64,000 nucleotides of DNA from Squalus acanthias (taxonomy: Eukaryota). The notes below the pieces were generated by a model that made no database searches, was not told the DNA's origin, and worked only from the letters and a program-made list of their open reading frames with translations. Of the stretch, positions 1 to 12,447 are shown in pieces. The DNA lies in NCBI GenBank assembly GCA_030390025.1, contig JASTWF010000351.1, positions 434,001-498,000 on the forward strand. The letters run 5' to 3'. How positions within the stretch are numbered: position 1 is the stretch's first letter; every line of letters starts with the position of its first letter. Position numbers and translations under genes: made by a program.

Positions 1-200
1 TCTTAGACTGGTAATGAATGTGAGTGTGAGAATTATTATGTAATTGACATTCTCTTGTATTGTACAAGTTGAGGGCCTGAATATTTAACAGAATGTCTCA
101 GAGCCCGGATCCTGATGTATCTGAGGGAGCCACAATGTATCTCTCGATCACCAGCAACACGGTTCTGGAGAACTCAACGCACCCAAACGAAATAACCAAC

Positions 201-350
201 CAGGAAATAATTACAGTAAACTGAGAAAAAAACAGCAAAATCAGTCGAAAGGGACAGGCTTTTGTGTAGCTCGTTCAGAGAGGTTGTGGGTGGCTCTTAA
301 AAGAGCCGTTGTGTTTTGAGTTTGTTCTTTCAGGACAGCGTGGAGTTTTA
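201..350 (-). pseudogene. Orphan H2B 3' UTR and downstream flank with histone stem-loop, no CDS
   Basis: Minus strand reads GGCTCTTTTAAGAGCC-ACCCA (292-307) plus an HDE-like GAACGAGCT. Flanks align with the H2B 3' region at ~11535-11665. Homology ends at the stop codon, where a CR1 fragment begins. Confidence 0.85.
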
Positions 351-487
351 AAAAAGTGCTTGGATATGACCATAAAGTGCCGTAAATTGCAAGGCTACGG
401 ACCCACAGCTGTCAGGTGGGATTTGGCTTATAGATTTGTTTTGGCTGAAACAGACACGATGGGCCGTAAATTTCTATAATACTATAC
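348..487 (+). mobile_element. Old CR1 LINE 3'-end fragment
   Basis: Similar to CR1 3' ends at ~19470-19630, ~54845-54985 and ~56540-56700 (caaggctacggacc...gacacgatgggccg...ttctat). Confidence 0.7.
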
Positions 488-640
488 ATCGCAGAGACAG
501 ACAGCTATACAGTAAAACCCACACTCATATACTAGACACTAAGAAATACGCAATAACTCTCAGTCACATCCCAGAAATTGACAGATATAGAGTAAAATCA
601 ACACCCACATAAATCCCGACCAGAAATTGACAGGTACAGA
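488..640 (-). repeat. ~41-bp satellite units, inverted relative to the rest of the window
   Basis: Units such as cagaaattgacagatatagagtaaaatcaacacccacat are the reverse complement of the window's satellite consensus. Confidence 0.75.
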
Positions 641-1639
641 AGGGCCGCTACCGACAAGGCTACGGTTGCAGAGGCGAAGGGTGGAATAGACTTTAGGCTT
701 TAACTGTCAGTCTCTGCGATGTGAGTTTGGGCTTTTTCCATATCTGTCAGAACAATTGTTTTCAGTCGATTGAAACCGAGTTGAGGGCCTGTGTAGTTAA
801 CAGACTGTCACAGAACCCGGATCCATATGTATTTGGCGGAGCGACAATGTATCTCTCGATCACCAGCAACAGGGTTCTGGAGAACTCAACGCACCGATAC
901 AAAATAATCCATTTTTGAAATGAGATCTTTCACACTTCTCTCCTGCTGCCTGCAATAGATGCACTTTGTGAAACTGTCCACATCCTCACTATCAGGCTGT
1001 GCTTCCACTGTTCACTGTCCAAGAACAACAGACACGGTGAGATTGGAACCGATTAAGGAACATTCACTACTGATTTGGGGGAAGAAAGCAGCAATGATTT
1101 GAAAGAGCGAGGTGATTTACTTTCTATGTTACCTAACCCTGTCCACACAAAGCCCGAGAATTGCCTCTCCCTTCCCCCACTCACTCCTCTATCCGGAACG
1201 AGTTCCTGCTCCACTCAGCCTCTTTCAAACAGTCCCCGGCTGCCGCTGAACTTACCCCAACAGAATGCCCATCTGTGGACCCAGACCCAATGCGATGTGA
1301 TGCTTACTCGGGCCCGTGATATCTGCGCTCCCCGATGTGTTCAACGATCATCAGTCCAGCGCAGAGGAAACGAGAGACGCTGGCAGAGCAGGGGGAGGGG
1401 AGCTCGCATGGGCCCTTCCTGTCGGCTGAACCACTGTGCAGGGAGGAGCTGACGCGTGAATGCTGGAGGCGGAGCTGAAGCTCAGAGGACGCTGTTTCTG
1501 CTCTCTCTGTCACTCTGATTCTGTCTCCACCCAACCTCTCGCCCACTCTGCCTTTCTCAATCAGATCCGGGCTGGCTTCATAAATTCATCTGGACGGCGA
1601 GACTTTATCATTCAATTTATATTCCTGTAAAGAATTGTC

Positions 1640-1775
1640 AGGTCTGGAAGAGGAAAAGGAGGCAAAGGACTGGGAACAGGCGGATCCAAGGGCCACCGGA
1701 AAGTGCTTAGTGACAACATCCAGGGCACGAAACAAAGGCTCTTCAAAGAGCGACCCACCACCTCAAAGAGAGAGA
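1640..1775 (+). pseudogene. H4: Internally deleted histone H4 (tail only), copy A, start codon lost
   Basis: AGG (replacing ATG) then [28 protein letters not shown], joined to a degenerate stem-loop GGCTCTTCAAAGAGCG-ACCCA (1737-1752) and purine-rich HDE. H4-like promoter remnant TTTCTCAATCAGATCC...CATAAA at 1553-1584. Confidence 0.9.
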
Positions 1776-2340
1776 GCAGCGACCTTGGACCGGGAGCGGG
1801 GATTTATTTGCGTGGGGAATAGCTTCAGAATTATAATGATTATGGGGTTACAATGACTCTTTGGCCCGGAACCTGTATTCTCCCTTCACGGTGAAAAGCT
1901 ATTTTAGTCTTCCTGGGTGTCCATCCGCTCAGTGTTCTGTTTTCATTCAGCTTTTCTATATCAGACAGATGGTGTGACGGGGAACCGGAGCTTTCCACGT
2001 CACAATAGGTTAAGCCGAGCTGCTGTGAAAAGAGGCCAATTTGTGAGATTATTCTCCGTCTGAAGTTTGCATCCTGCCAAGATACTGTCGGGGACTATGG
2101 AATTCAAAGGGTTTAAGAAAATTCATTGGATGGACTGTAATGACTCCAGTTCTAACTGTCGGAGCCCGCTGTAACCTGAGGCTACTTCGGATTGGTCGCG
2201 TGATTGGAATCCAATTTCCTTAACAGAACTAACTATTGTCCTCAATTGAACAATTTTTAAATTAAGTTTCAAACATTCCACAAATTCAAAAAAGAAAGTC
2301 TTTGATTTTTAATTATTAAATTCAACAGTGACAGACATTA

Positions 2341-5300
2341 AAGCAGTTCGGGAGCATTTAAACTAGTATGGCAGGGGGCTAGAAACCTATGTAGTGAAAT
2401 AGAGGAAAGTGAAAGGCAGACAGAAATAAATGGTAAAAGGGTGAGGAACAAAAAACAAAGTGCCAAACTAATTCATAAAAAATGTGAGCATAAAAAAAGC
2501 CTGAGGGTTTTATACCTTAATGCGAGAAGCATCAGGAACAAGGTAGATGAATTAGCTGTGGAAATAGAGGTTAATAATTATGATCTAATTGGGATTACGG
2601 AAACATGGTTGCAGGGTGAGCAGGGCTGGGAGCTTAACATACAGGGGTATTCAGTATTTAGGAAGGATCGACAAAAAAGAAAGGGAGGAGGGGTAGCATT
2701 GCTGGTAAAAGAGGGGATAAATGCAATTGAAAGGAAGGATATTAACTCAGTTAATACAGAATCTATATGGGTGGAGCTAAGAAATAGCGAGGGGCGAAAA
2801 ACATTAATAGGAGTGGTATATAGGCCTCCAAATAGTAAAATAGAGGTTGGGGAGGGCATCACGAGGGAAATTAGAGAAGCGTGCAATAAGAGCACAGCTG
2901 TCATCATAGGTGACTTTAACTTACATATAGATTGGACTAGCCTAATCAGTAAAAATAATGAGGAGGAGGAATTCCTTGAGTGTTTAAGGGATGGTTATCT
3001 GGATCAATATGTCGAGGAACCAACTCGGGAACAGGTTATATTGGACTGGGTACTGTGCAATGAGAAGGGACTAATTAGTAATCTTGTTGTACGGGGACCC
3101 TTGGATCAGAGCGATCATAACATGATCGATTTCTCACTCGAAATGGAGAGCGAAGAAATTGACTCAGAGACTAAGGTCCTGAATTTAAACAAGGGGAATT
3201 ATGATGCCATTAGACGGGAACTGAGTAGGTCTGATTGGACAACGTTCCTGGGAGGACTGGAGGTAGATAAACAATGGCAAGCATTTAAAGATAGAATGAC
3301 AAAATTGCAAAAATTGTTTATACCAATCTGGCATAAAAGGAAATCTAAAAAGGTGACTCAACCATGGATAACAGGGGAAATTAGAGACAGCATAAAATCC
3401 AAAGATAGGGCGTATAAAATAGCCAAAAAAAGCGCCAGAGCAGAAGATTGGGAACAGTTTAAGATAGAGCAAAGGAGGACAAAGGGCTTAATCAAGAGGG
3501 GCAAAATAACTTACGAAAGCAAGCTGGCGGAAAATATAAAAACTAACTCCAAAAGCTTTTATAAGTATATCAAGAGGAAAAGACTGGTGAAAACCAAAGT
3601 TGGTCCATTGCAGTCAGATACGGGGGAATATATAACGGGAAATAAGGAAATGGCAGACCAACTAAATGCATACTTTGGGTCAGTCTTTACGAAGGAAGAC
3701 ACAAAAAACCTCCCTGGGATATCGGGAAAAATAGGGATATTGGCAAAGGAGGAACTGACGCAAATCAATATCTCTAAGGATATGGTGTTAAGGAAGCTAA
3801 AGGGATTGAAGGCGGACAAATCCCCAGGGCCTGATAACATGCATCCTAGGGTACTGAAGGAGGTGGCCCTAGAGATAGCGGATGCACTAAGTATGATTTT
3901 TCAGAATTCATTAGACTCGGGAACAGTGCCCATGGATTGGAGGGTAGCTAACGTTACCCCACTATTCAAAAAGGGGGGTAGGGAAAAAGCAGGTAATTAC
4001 AGACATGTAAGCCTTACATCAGTTGTGGGCAAAATGCTGGAGTCCATCATTAAGGATGAAATAGCGGAGCACTTAGCAAATGGGGACAGGATAGGACAGA
4101 GTCAACATGGATTTACAAAGGGTAAATCGTGCTTGACTAATCTATTGGAATTTTTTGAGGGAGTAACTGGTAAAATAGATGGGGGAGAGCCAGTAGATGT
4201 GGTGTACCTGGACTTCCAAAAGGCCTTCGACAAGGTCCCACATAAAAGATTAGCATGGAAAATTGAAGCTCATGGGATAAAGGGGAAAGTATTGACGTGG
4301 ATAGAGAACTGGCTGTCAGATAGAAAACAGAGAGTTGGAATAAACGGCTCATTTTCTGAATGGCAGGCAGTAACAAGTGGGGTACCGCAGGGATCTGTCC
4401 TGGGTCCCCAGCTGTTCACAATTTACATTAATGACCTGGATCAGGGAGTCGGATGCAGCGTTTCCAAATTTGCAGACGACACTAAACTAGGAGGGGGGGG
4501 GTGGGCTCAGAGGAGGAGACCAGGAAGCTCCAGAGCGATTTGGACAGACTGGGTGATTGGGCGGATAAATGGCAGATGCACTATAATGTGGACAAGTGCG
4601 AAGTTATCCACCTTGGGTGCAGGAACGGGAGGGCAAATTATTATTTAAATAGCAATAAATTGGGAGAAGGGGAAGTACAGAGAGACCTGGGTGTTCTTGT
4701 ACACCAGTCACTGAAGGCGAGCATGCAGGTGCAACAGGCGGTCAAGAAGGCAAACGATATGCTGGCCTTCATAGCAAAAGGGTTGGAATACAGGAACAGG
4801 GATACCTTGCTGCAGCTGTACAGGGCACTGGTGAGACCACACCTCGAGTACTGTGTACAGTTTTGGTCGCCTCATCTGAGGAAAGATGTTCTTGCCATGG
4901 AGGGGGTGCAGCGGCGATTCACCAGGCTGATACCAGGAATGGCGGGATTGACCTATGAGGAGAGACTATGTAGTTTAGGGATGTACACACTGGAGTTTAG
5001 AAGATTGAGAGGGGACCTCATAGAAGTGTATAAAATTCTGACAGGTCTAGACAGACTAGATGCAGAAGGAATGTTTCCCTTGGCGGGTGAGAACAGAACT
5101 AGAGGACATAATTTAAGGATAAGGGCTAAACCATTTAGGACAGAAATGAGGGGGAATTTCTTCACTCAGAGGGTGGTGAACCTGTGGAACTCATTGCCAC
5201 AGAGGGCAGTGTACACCAGCTCATTAAATATATTTAAGAGGGAATTAGATATATTTCTACAGGCAAAAGGGGTTAAGGGTTACGGAGAGAAGGCGGGGAC

Positions 5301-5410
5301 GGGATACTGAATTGGAGGATCAGCCATGATCTCATTAAATGGCGGAGCAGGCTCGAAGGGCCGGATGGCCTACTCCTGCTCCTATCTTCTATGTATTCTA
5401 TGTATCTATG
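2341..5410 (+). mobile_element. CR1 LINE, 5'-truncated, near-complete ORF2 (APE endonuclease + RT)
   Basis: ORFs 2441-4648 and 4501-5310 carry LNARS/ITETW/GDFN/SDH and [25 protein letters not shown]. Single frameshift in a G9 run (4493-4501). CR1 3' hairpin and (ctatgt) tail. Flanks rejoin into the sequence seen uninterrupted at ~58990-59015. Confidence 0.97.
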
Positions 5411-5509
5411 TAAATTGGGGCAGTTTCACTATTTTTCCGATAATTTTCTCATCAGATTGAAAGGCCGTTAGCCCGAATGAATAAACTGACGAAATCAGTG
5501 CATTAAACT

Positions 5510-5760
5510 GGCGGCTCCTTCAGAGAGGCTGTGGGTGGCTCTTAAAAGCGCCGTTGTGTTTTCTATATTTCTGTCAGTAAATTGTGGAGTTTTACTTGGA
5601 GCTGGCGTACTTGGCCAGCCCGTGCTTGGCCAGCTCCCCGGGCAGCACCAGACTCACGGTGGTCTGGATGTGTGGACACAATCCGCACACTCCAAACTAT
5701 TAGAGTTTGGTTCCATCTCCTGGCTGAAAGCGAGTGCTGCAACAAGTGACAAACATTCAG
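5510..5760 (-). pseudogene. H2B: Chimeric H2B C-terminal fragment with histone stem-loop, copy A
   Basis: 5669->5592 reads [25 protein letters not shown] (7 codons shorter than H2B). Stem-loop GGCGCTTTTAAGAGCC-ACCCA at 5537-5552, HDE-like GAAGGAG. Sequence upstream of 5669 is non-histone. Confidence 0.88.
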
Positions 5761-5834
5761 CAGATACCATTTTGATTTCGACAGAGATACCTCGGCACCG
5801 TGTTTATGTTCACCTTAAAACCATTGCCAAGTAT

Positions 5835-8800
5835 AGAACATAAGAACATAAGAAATAGGAGCAGGAGCAGGCCAATCGGCCCCTCGAGCCTGCTCCGCCA
5901 TTCAATAAGATCATGGCTGATCTGATCCTAACCGCCAATCTACTATCTGCTATCACAGAACCATCTCCTGCATCTAACAGAATTGCACACACGAAATAGG
6001 ATCAGAATCCGGCTACACGGTCCCTGGGCCCGCTCCACTACCCACAGGGCCATGACCGATCCGAACCTAGACTCATGTCCAAATTCCTGCCCGCTCCCCG
6101 TAACCCTTAATGCCCTTTACTTCTAGGAAACTGTCTATTTCTGTTTTAAATTTATTTAATGATGTAGCTTCTACAGCTTTTTGTGGCAGCATATTCCATG
6201 GACCTACCACCCTCTGAGTGAAGTAGTTCCTCCTCATCTCAGTTTTGAAAGAGCAGCCCCTTATTCTAAGACTATGTCCCCTAGTTCTAGTCTCACCCGT
6301 CATCGGGAACATCCTCCCCGCATCCACCCGATCCAACCCCTTCACAATCTTATATGTTTCAATAAGATCGCCTCTCATTCTTCTGAACTCCAATGAGTAG
6401 AGTCCCAATCTACCCAACCTCTCCTCATATGACCACCCCCTCATCCCCGGGATTAACCGAGTGAACCTTTTTTGCACTGCCTCGAGAGCAAGGATGTATT
6501 TCCTTAAGTAAGGACACCAAAACTGTATGCAGTATTCCAGGTGCGGTCTCACCAATACCTTGTACAACTGAAGCAATACCTCCCTATTTTTATATTCTAT
6601 CCCCCTAGCAATGAAAGCCAACATTCCATTTGCCTTCTTAATCACTTGCTGCACCTGCATACTAACCTTTTGAGTTTCGTGCACCAGGACCCCCAGATCC
6701 CTTTGCACTTCAGTACTCTCCAGTTTCTTGCCATTAAGATAATAAATTGCTCTAGGATTTTTCCTGCCAAAGTGCATCACCTCACACTTTCCAGTGTTGT
6801 ATTCCATCTGCCAAATCTCTGCCCACTTACTTAGCCTGTCTATGTCCCCTTGCAGGTTTTTTATGTCCTCCTCACTCACTACTTTCCCTCCCATCTTAGT
6901 ATCATCTGCAAATTTTGATATGTTACACTTGGTCCCTTCCTCCAAATCGTTAATATAGATTGTAAAGAGTTGGGGACCCAGCACTGACCCCTGTGGAACA
7001 CCACTAGTTGCTGATTGCCAGTCTGAGAATGAACCATTTATCCCAACTCTTTGCTTTCTGCTAGATAGCCAATCCTCTATCCATGCCAGAATATTACCCC
7101 CAATCCCGTGATTTTTTACGTTAAGCAATAATCTTTTGTGTGGCACCTTGTCAAATGCCTTTTGGAAGTCTAAATACACTACGTCTACTGGTTCCCCTTT
7201 ATCCACTCTATATGTTACTTCCTCAAAGAACTCCAGCAAATTTGTCAAACATGACTTCCCCTTCGTAAAACCATGCTGACTTTGTCCTATTAAATTATGA
7301 TTATCCAAATGTCCTGTTACTGTTTCCTTAATAATGGACTCCAAAATTTTACCTACCACAGATGTTAGGCTAACCGGTCTATAGTTACCAGCCTTCCGTC
7401 TACTGCCCTTTTTAAATAAGGGTGTTACATTAGCAGTTTTCCAGTCTGCCGGGACCTTAGCGGAATCCAGTGAGTTTTGAAAAATTATTACCAATGCATC
7501 TACAATCCCTACCGCCACTTCCTTCAAGACTCTAGGATGTAAGCCATCAGGTCCAGGTGATTTATCCGCCTTGAGTCCCATTATTATACCGAGTCCCACT
7601 TCCTTAGTGATTTTGATCGTGTTTAGCTCCTCTCCCCCTATAGCCCCCTGTTTGTCCAGTGTTGGGATATTCTTAGTGTCCTCTACTGTAAAGACTGATA
7701 CAAAATATTCATTCAGTGTTTTTGCCATCTCCATATTTCCCACCATTAATTTCCCGGTCTCATCCTCTAAGGGACCAACATTTACTTTAGCCACCCGTTT
7801 TCTTTTTATATAACTGTAAAAACTCTTACTATCTGTTTTTATATTTTTTGCTAATTTACTTCATAATCTATCTTCCCTTTCTTAATCAATCTTTTTGTTA
7901 TTTTTTGCTGCCTTTTAAAGTTTTCCCAATCCTCTGTCCTCCCACTAGATTTCGCTACCTTATATGCCCTTGTTTTTAGTCGAATACTATCCTTAATTTC
8001 TTTACTTAGCCACGGATGACTGTCCTTTCTTTTACACCCTTTTCTTTTCAGTGGAATATATATTTTTTGGAAGTTGTAAAATAACTCCTTGAATGTACAC
8101 CACTGATCATGTGTTGTCTTACCCTTTAATCTATTTTCCCAATCCACTCTTCTCAAATCCGCTCGCATACCTTCATAGTCACCTTTATTCAAGCTTAGCA
8201 CGCTTGTTTGAGATCCAACCTTCTCACCCTCTAATTGAATATGGAATTCAACCATGTTATGGTCACTCATTCCAAGGGGATCCTTTACTAGGACATTTTT
8301 AATTAATCCTGTCTCGTTACACAGGACCAGATCTAAGGTTGCTTGCCCCCTGGTCGGTTCAGTTACATACTGCTCAAGAAACCCATCCCTAATACACTCA
8401 ATGAACTCATCCTCAAGGCAGCCCTGCCCCATTTGATTTGTCCAATTAATATGATAGTTAAAATCCCCCATAATTATAGATGTTCCCTTATTACATGCCT
8501 CAACTATTTCCTGTTTGATACTCCGTCCAACAGAGTTGCAACTGTTCGGAGGCCTATAGACTACGCTCACTAGTGTTTTTTTCCCCTTATTATTCCTTAT
8601 CTCCACCCAAACTGTTTCATTATCATGATTTTTTGACCCAATATCATTACTCTGTATTACAGTGATTCCCTCCTTTATTAACATAGCCACCCCACCTCCC
8701 CTTCCTTCCTGCCTGTCCTTCCTGATCGTTAAATATCCTGGTATGTTTAATTCCCAGGCATTGTCACCCTGCAGCCATGTTTCTGTAATGGCCACAATAT

Positions 8801-9535
8801 CGTAACCATATGTAGTTATTTGTGCCATTAACTCGTCTATTTTGTTACGAATGCTACGTGCATTCAGATAGAGAACTTTCAAATATGCTTTTTGGCACTT
8901 AGTTCCTGCTTTTTCACTTTTTACCACTTTACCTTTTACTCCACACACTCTGTCCCTTCCTGCCACGCTCTGGTTTGTGATTCCCCTACTGCTACCTATG
9001 TCTATGACCCTCTCTGTTGTCATTTTTATTTTTTGCTCTCTTGAAACCTCCCCCCCACTAATCAGTTTAAAGCCCTCTCTGCAGCCCTAGTTATTCGATT
9101 CGCCAGGACACTAGTCCCAGCACTGGCCAAGTGAAGTCCGTCCCAACGGAACAGCTCTCTCCTGTCCCAGTACTGTTGCCAGTGTCGCAAGAAGCAAAAC
9201 CCATTTTTCCCACACCAGTCTTTGAGCCACGCATTCAACTCTCTGATTTTATTTACCCTAGCCAAATTTGCTCGTGGCTCAGGTAGTAATCCAGAGATTA
9301 TTGCCCTCGAGGTTCTGCTTTTTAATTTGGCCCCTAGCTGCTCAAACTCCCTCAGCAGAACCTCTTTCCTTGTCCTATCTATGTCATTGGTACCAACATG
9401 GACCACGACAACTGGATCCTCCCCCCCCCCACCACTCCAAGTTTCTCTCCAGCCCAGAGGAGATGCCCTTAACCCTGGCACCGGGCAGGCAACACAGCCT
9501 TCGGGACTCTCGCTCTTGGCTGCAAAGAACCCTAT
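5835..9535 (-). mobile_element. CR1 LINE, 5'-truncated in ORF1; ORF2 split by one frameshift; duplicated 3' UTR
   Basis: SGNH-esterase ORF1 remnant (VHVGTND, DGLHL) at 9062-9535, endonuclease ORF 7851-9023, RT ORF 6073-7794, (ttcttatg)n tail. Flanks rejoin into the sequence at ~34570-34600. Confidence 0.97.
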
Positions 9536-10201
9536 TATATATTATTGGTCCAGCTGAAAACTCCAAACAACCATTAAAAACAGATGGACTCGCTCACCCG
9601 ATTCTAGTGTGAACAGTGTGGTTGATCATTGAGTGTGGGAAAGACACTGCCTCTGTCACTCTGGTACTTTGTGTCAATGTGGGATTCACTGCTGAATATG
9701 GGATAGGTACTGTATCTGTCACTCTCTGGTACAGTGTGTCATTCTGGGATTGACAAAAGTGCATATGATAGACATTTCTCACTCTCTGTATTGTAAGTGG
9801 CACATTGGCTGGTGAGAAATGATAGAGAATGTATCTGACACTGTCCAGCACGAAGTGACATTTTTAAATTTTCTGTTGAGGCTACACTAGATACTTTATC
9901 TGTCACTCTCTGGTACTGTGTCAGTGTGAGATTGACAAGTGAGTATAGGAAAAGCACTACCACTCACTCACTGGTACTGCATGTGAGTGAGGGAGTATTA
10001 GTCAAGGGAGTATTCGTCAATCCAGGATAGCTATTGTATCTGTCACTCTGTTACTGTGTGGCAGTGTTTGATTGTCAGGTGAGTGATGGATAGATAAATT
10101 AATTGACAAAACTGTGGCAAATGGATTTTAAAGTAGAAATTAAGATTTAACTTGTTAAATTAGATCTGGGATAATTGTGACACATAGAACAGAACAGTAA
10201 C

Positions 10202-10247
10202 CAGCGCTTTCACAGATACAGTGGGTGGCTCTGAAAAGAGCCTTTGG
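10202..10247 (-). terminator. H2A histone 3' stem-loop and U7-binding HDE
   Basis: CCAAA-GGCTCTTTTCAGAGCC-ACCCA (stem-loop 10227-10242), followed about 10 nt later by GAAAGCGCTG. Confidence 0.95.
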
Positions 10248-10272
10248 GTTATTAGATTGAATCTTGTCCTCT

Positions 10273-10824
<552 letters not shown>

Positions 10825-11582
10825 TCAAAGCGCCAACGAGTTTTAATTCCAAAAAGTTAGCCAATATTTTCCTAAACCAGCGAATTAAGTTAATAAATTC
10901 ACTATAAGCCAAAGATTTCCGGACATTTTTTTATTCCTTTTGTCTTATTCCATCTCTCCCTTGCAAATTCTAGGCTTTTACAATCAGGATTAATTCCGGG
11001 TTCAATTTCAAACTGTAACGGGCGGGAATCAATTTGCATTGATTCTGTAACGGGACACATTCCAGCTCAATCTTTGTAAAAGTGAAGTTTCACAGATTAT
11101 CGATCGATTCTTTGCACAGGCGCTGCTGCGGGAGTGAAACCAGACCAGGGATTCCTTCTGTAAAAAGGGAAGCGGGACAGAGTGCTCAAACTGCCCCCAT
11201 TCTGGCCTCTGAACGAACTCCCATTCTGCGTTATTACGCTGCAGAAAGTCTCGGGTTAACAGACTGATTGACTCCCAACTGGCTTTACAAAAAAAATTAA
11301 AATGTTTTGACAGAGAACGAGGTGACTGAAATCCGAGTCTCATCCATAAAACAAGCTTTTAATTCGTACGGTCTGAGAGCAAAGGGAAAGAGCGAACAGG
11401 GACCGTGTTTGTAGTTTACTGGAAGGGAAATTCAACAGCGACACTCAGGTCGAAACGGATTATGAAACTGCTTATCTGAGAATTCCAAACTAAATCTACA
11501 GCTGGAACTTCAAACGTTCTCAAACAGACTTGTTCAGGAAATAATTACAGTAAATTAATTCTAAAGGGACATGTGCTTGTGT

Positions 11583-11626
11583 CGCTCTTTCAGAGAGATT
11601 GTGGGTGGCCCTTAAAAGAGCCGTTG
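11583..11626 (-). terminator. H2B histone 3' stem-loop and HDE
   Basis: GGCTCTTTTAAGGGCC-ACCCA (11607-11622, one U-G wobble), then GAAAGAGC. Confidence 0.92.
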
Positions 11627-11662
11627 TGTTTTGGGTTTGTTCCTTCAGGACAACGTGGATTT

Positions 11663-12027
<365 letters not shown>

Positions 12028-12077
12028 TCTCAAACTGGATTTCAGATGCAAACTGACGTCAATCCGCTCCGGGCTCG

Positions 12078-12195
12078 GCTTAAATAGGCTTACCCAACAG
12101 CCCTATGCTAATGACGGATGGGTGAAGGCAATGGTTGTGATTGGCTGCTGAAGAATGATGTCAATTTCCATTGTTCTGCATCTCTCTGATTGGCT
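12078..12195 (-). promoter_or_regulatory. H2B promoter: TATA-like box, octamer variant, CCAAT boxes
   Basis: Minus strand CCTATTTAAG (12079-12088), ATTAGCAT (12105-12112; one mismatch to octamer ATTTGCAT), CCAATC at ~12139-12144 and ~12188-12193. This is the classical H2B layout. Confidence 0.75.
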
Positions 12196-12447
12196 TCTTT
12201 ATGTATCCCATCATTTGAACGTTTGACACTAGCACGCCCCCTGCAGTCAGAAAGGTCATTGTAAGAGCAGAGGAAGCATCATCTTCCCATTCACCATTTC
12301 CCAGACAATTATCCAGACTCCAAGCACTCCTGCTGCAAGGGACAGCAATTAAGATGTACTCCCTCCATCCTGTGCACTATATTCATACCTTGCGGTGTGG
12401 TCTCGGCCACTTTAGTTCAGTATCTGCCAGTCCCTGTTACTGTGTGT

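Noticed and set aside
1635..1856. 73-aa [16 protein letters not shown]...
   Set aside because: Off-frame reading of the H4 relic from a TTG; the meaningful frame is the H4 tail.
2578..5165. Numerous antisense and alternate-frame ORFs inside CR1 elements throughout the window
   Set aside because: Recurring shadows of ORF2; their similarity between copies follows from element homology.
12397..12447. N-terminus of the 377-aa ORF (MVSATLVQYLPVPVTVC)
   Set aside because: Flanking DNA including the TSD, open by chance; Penelope homology starts at YIDD (12448).
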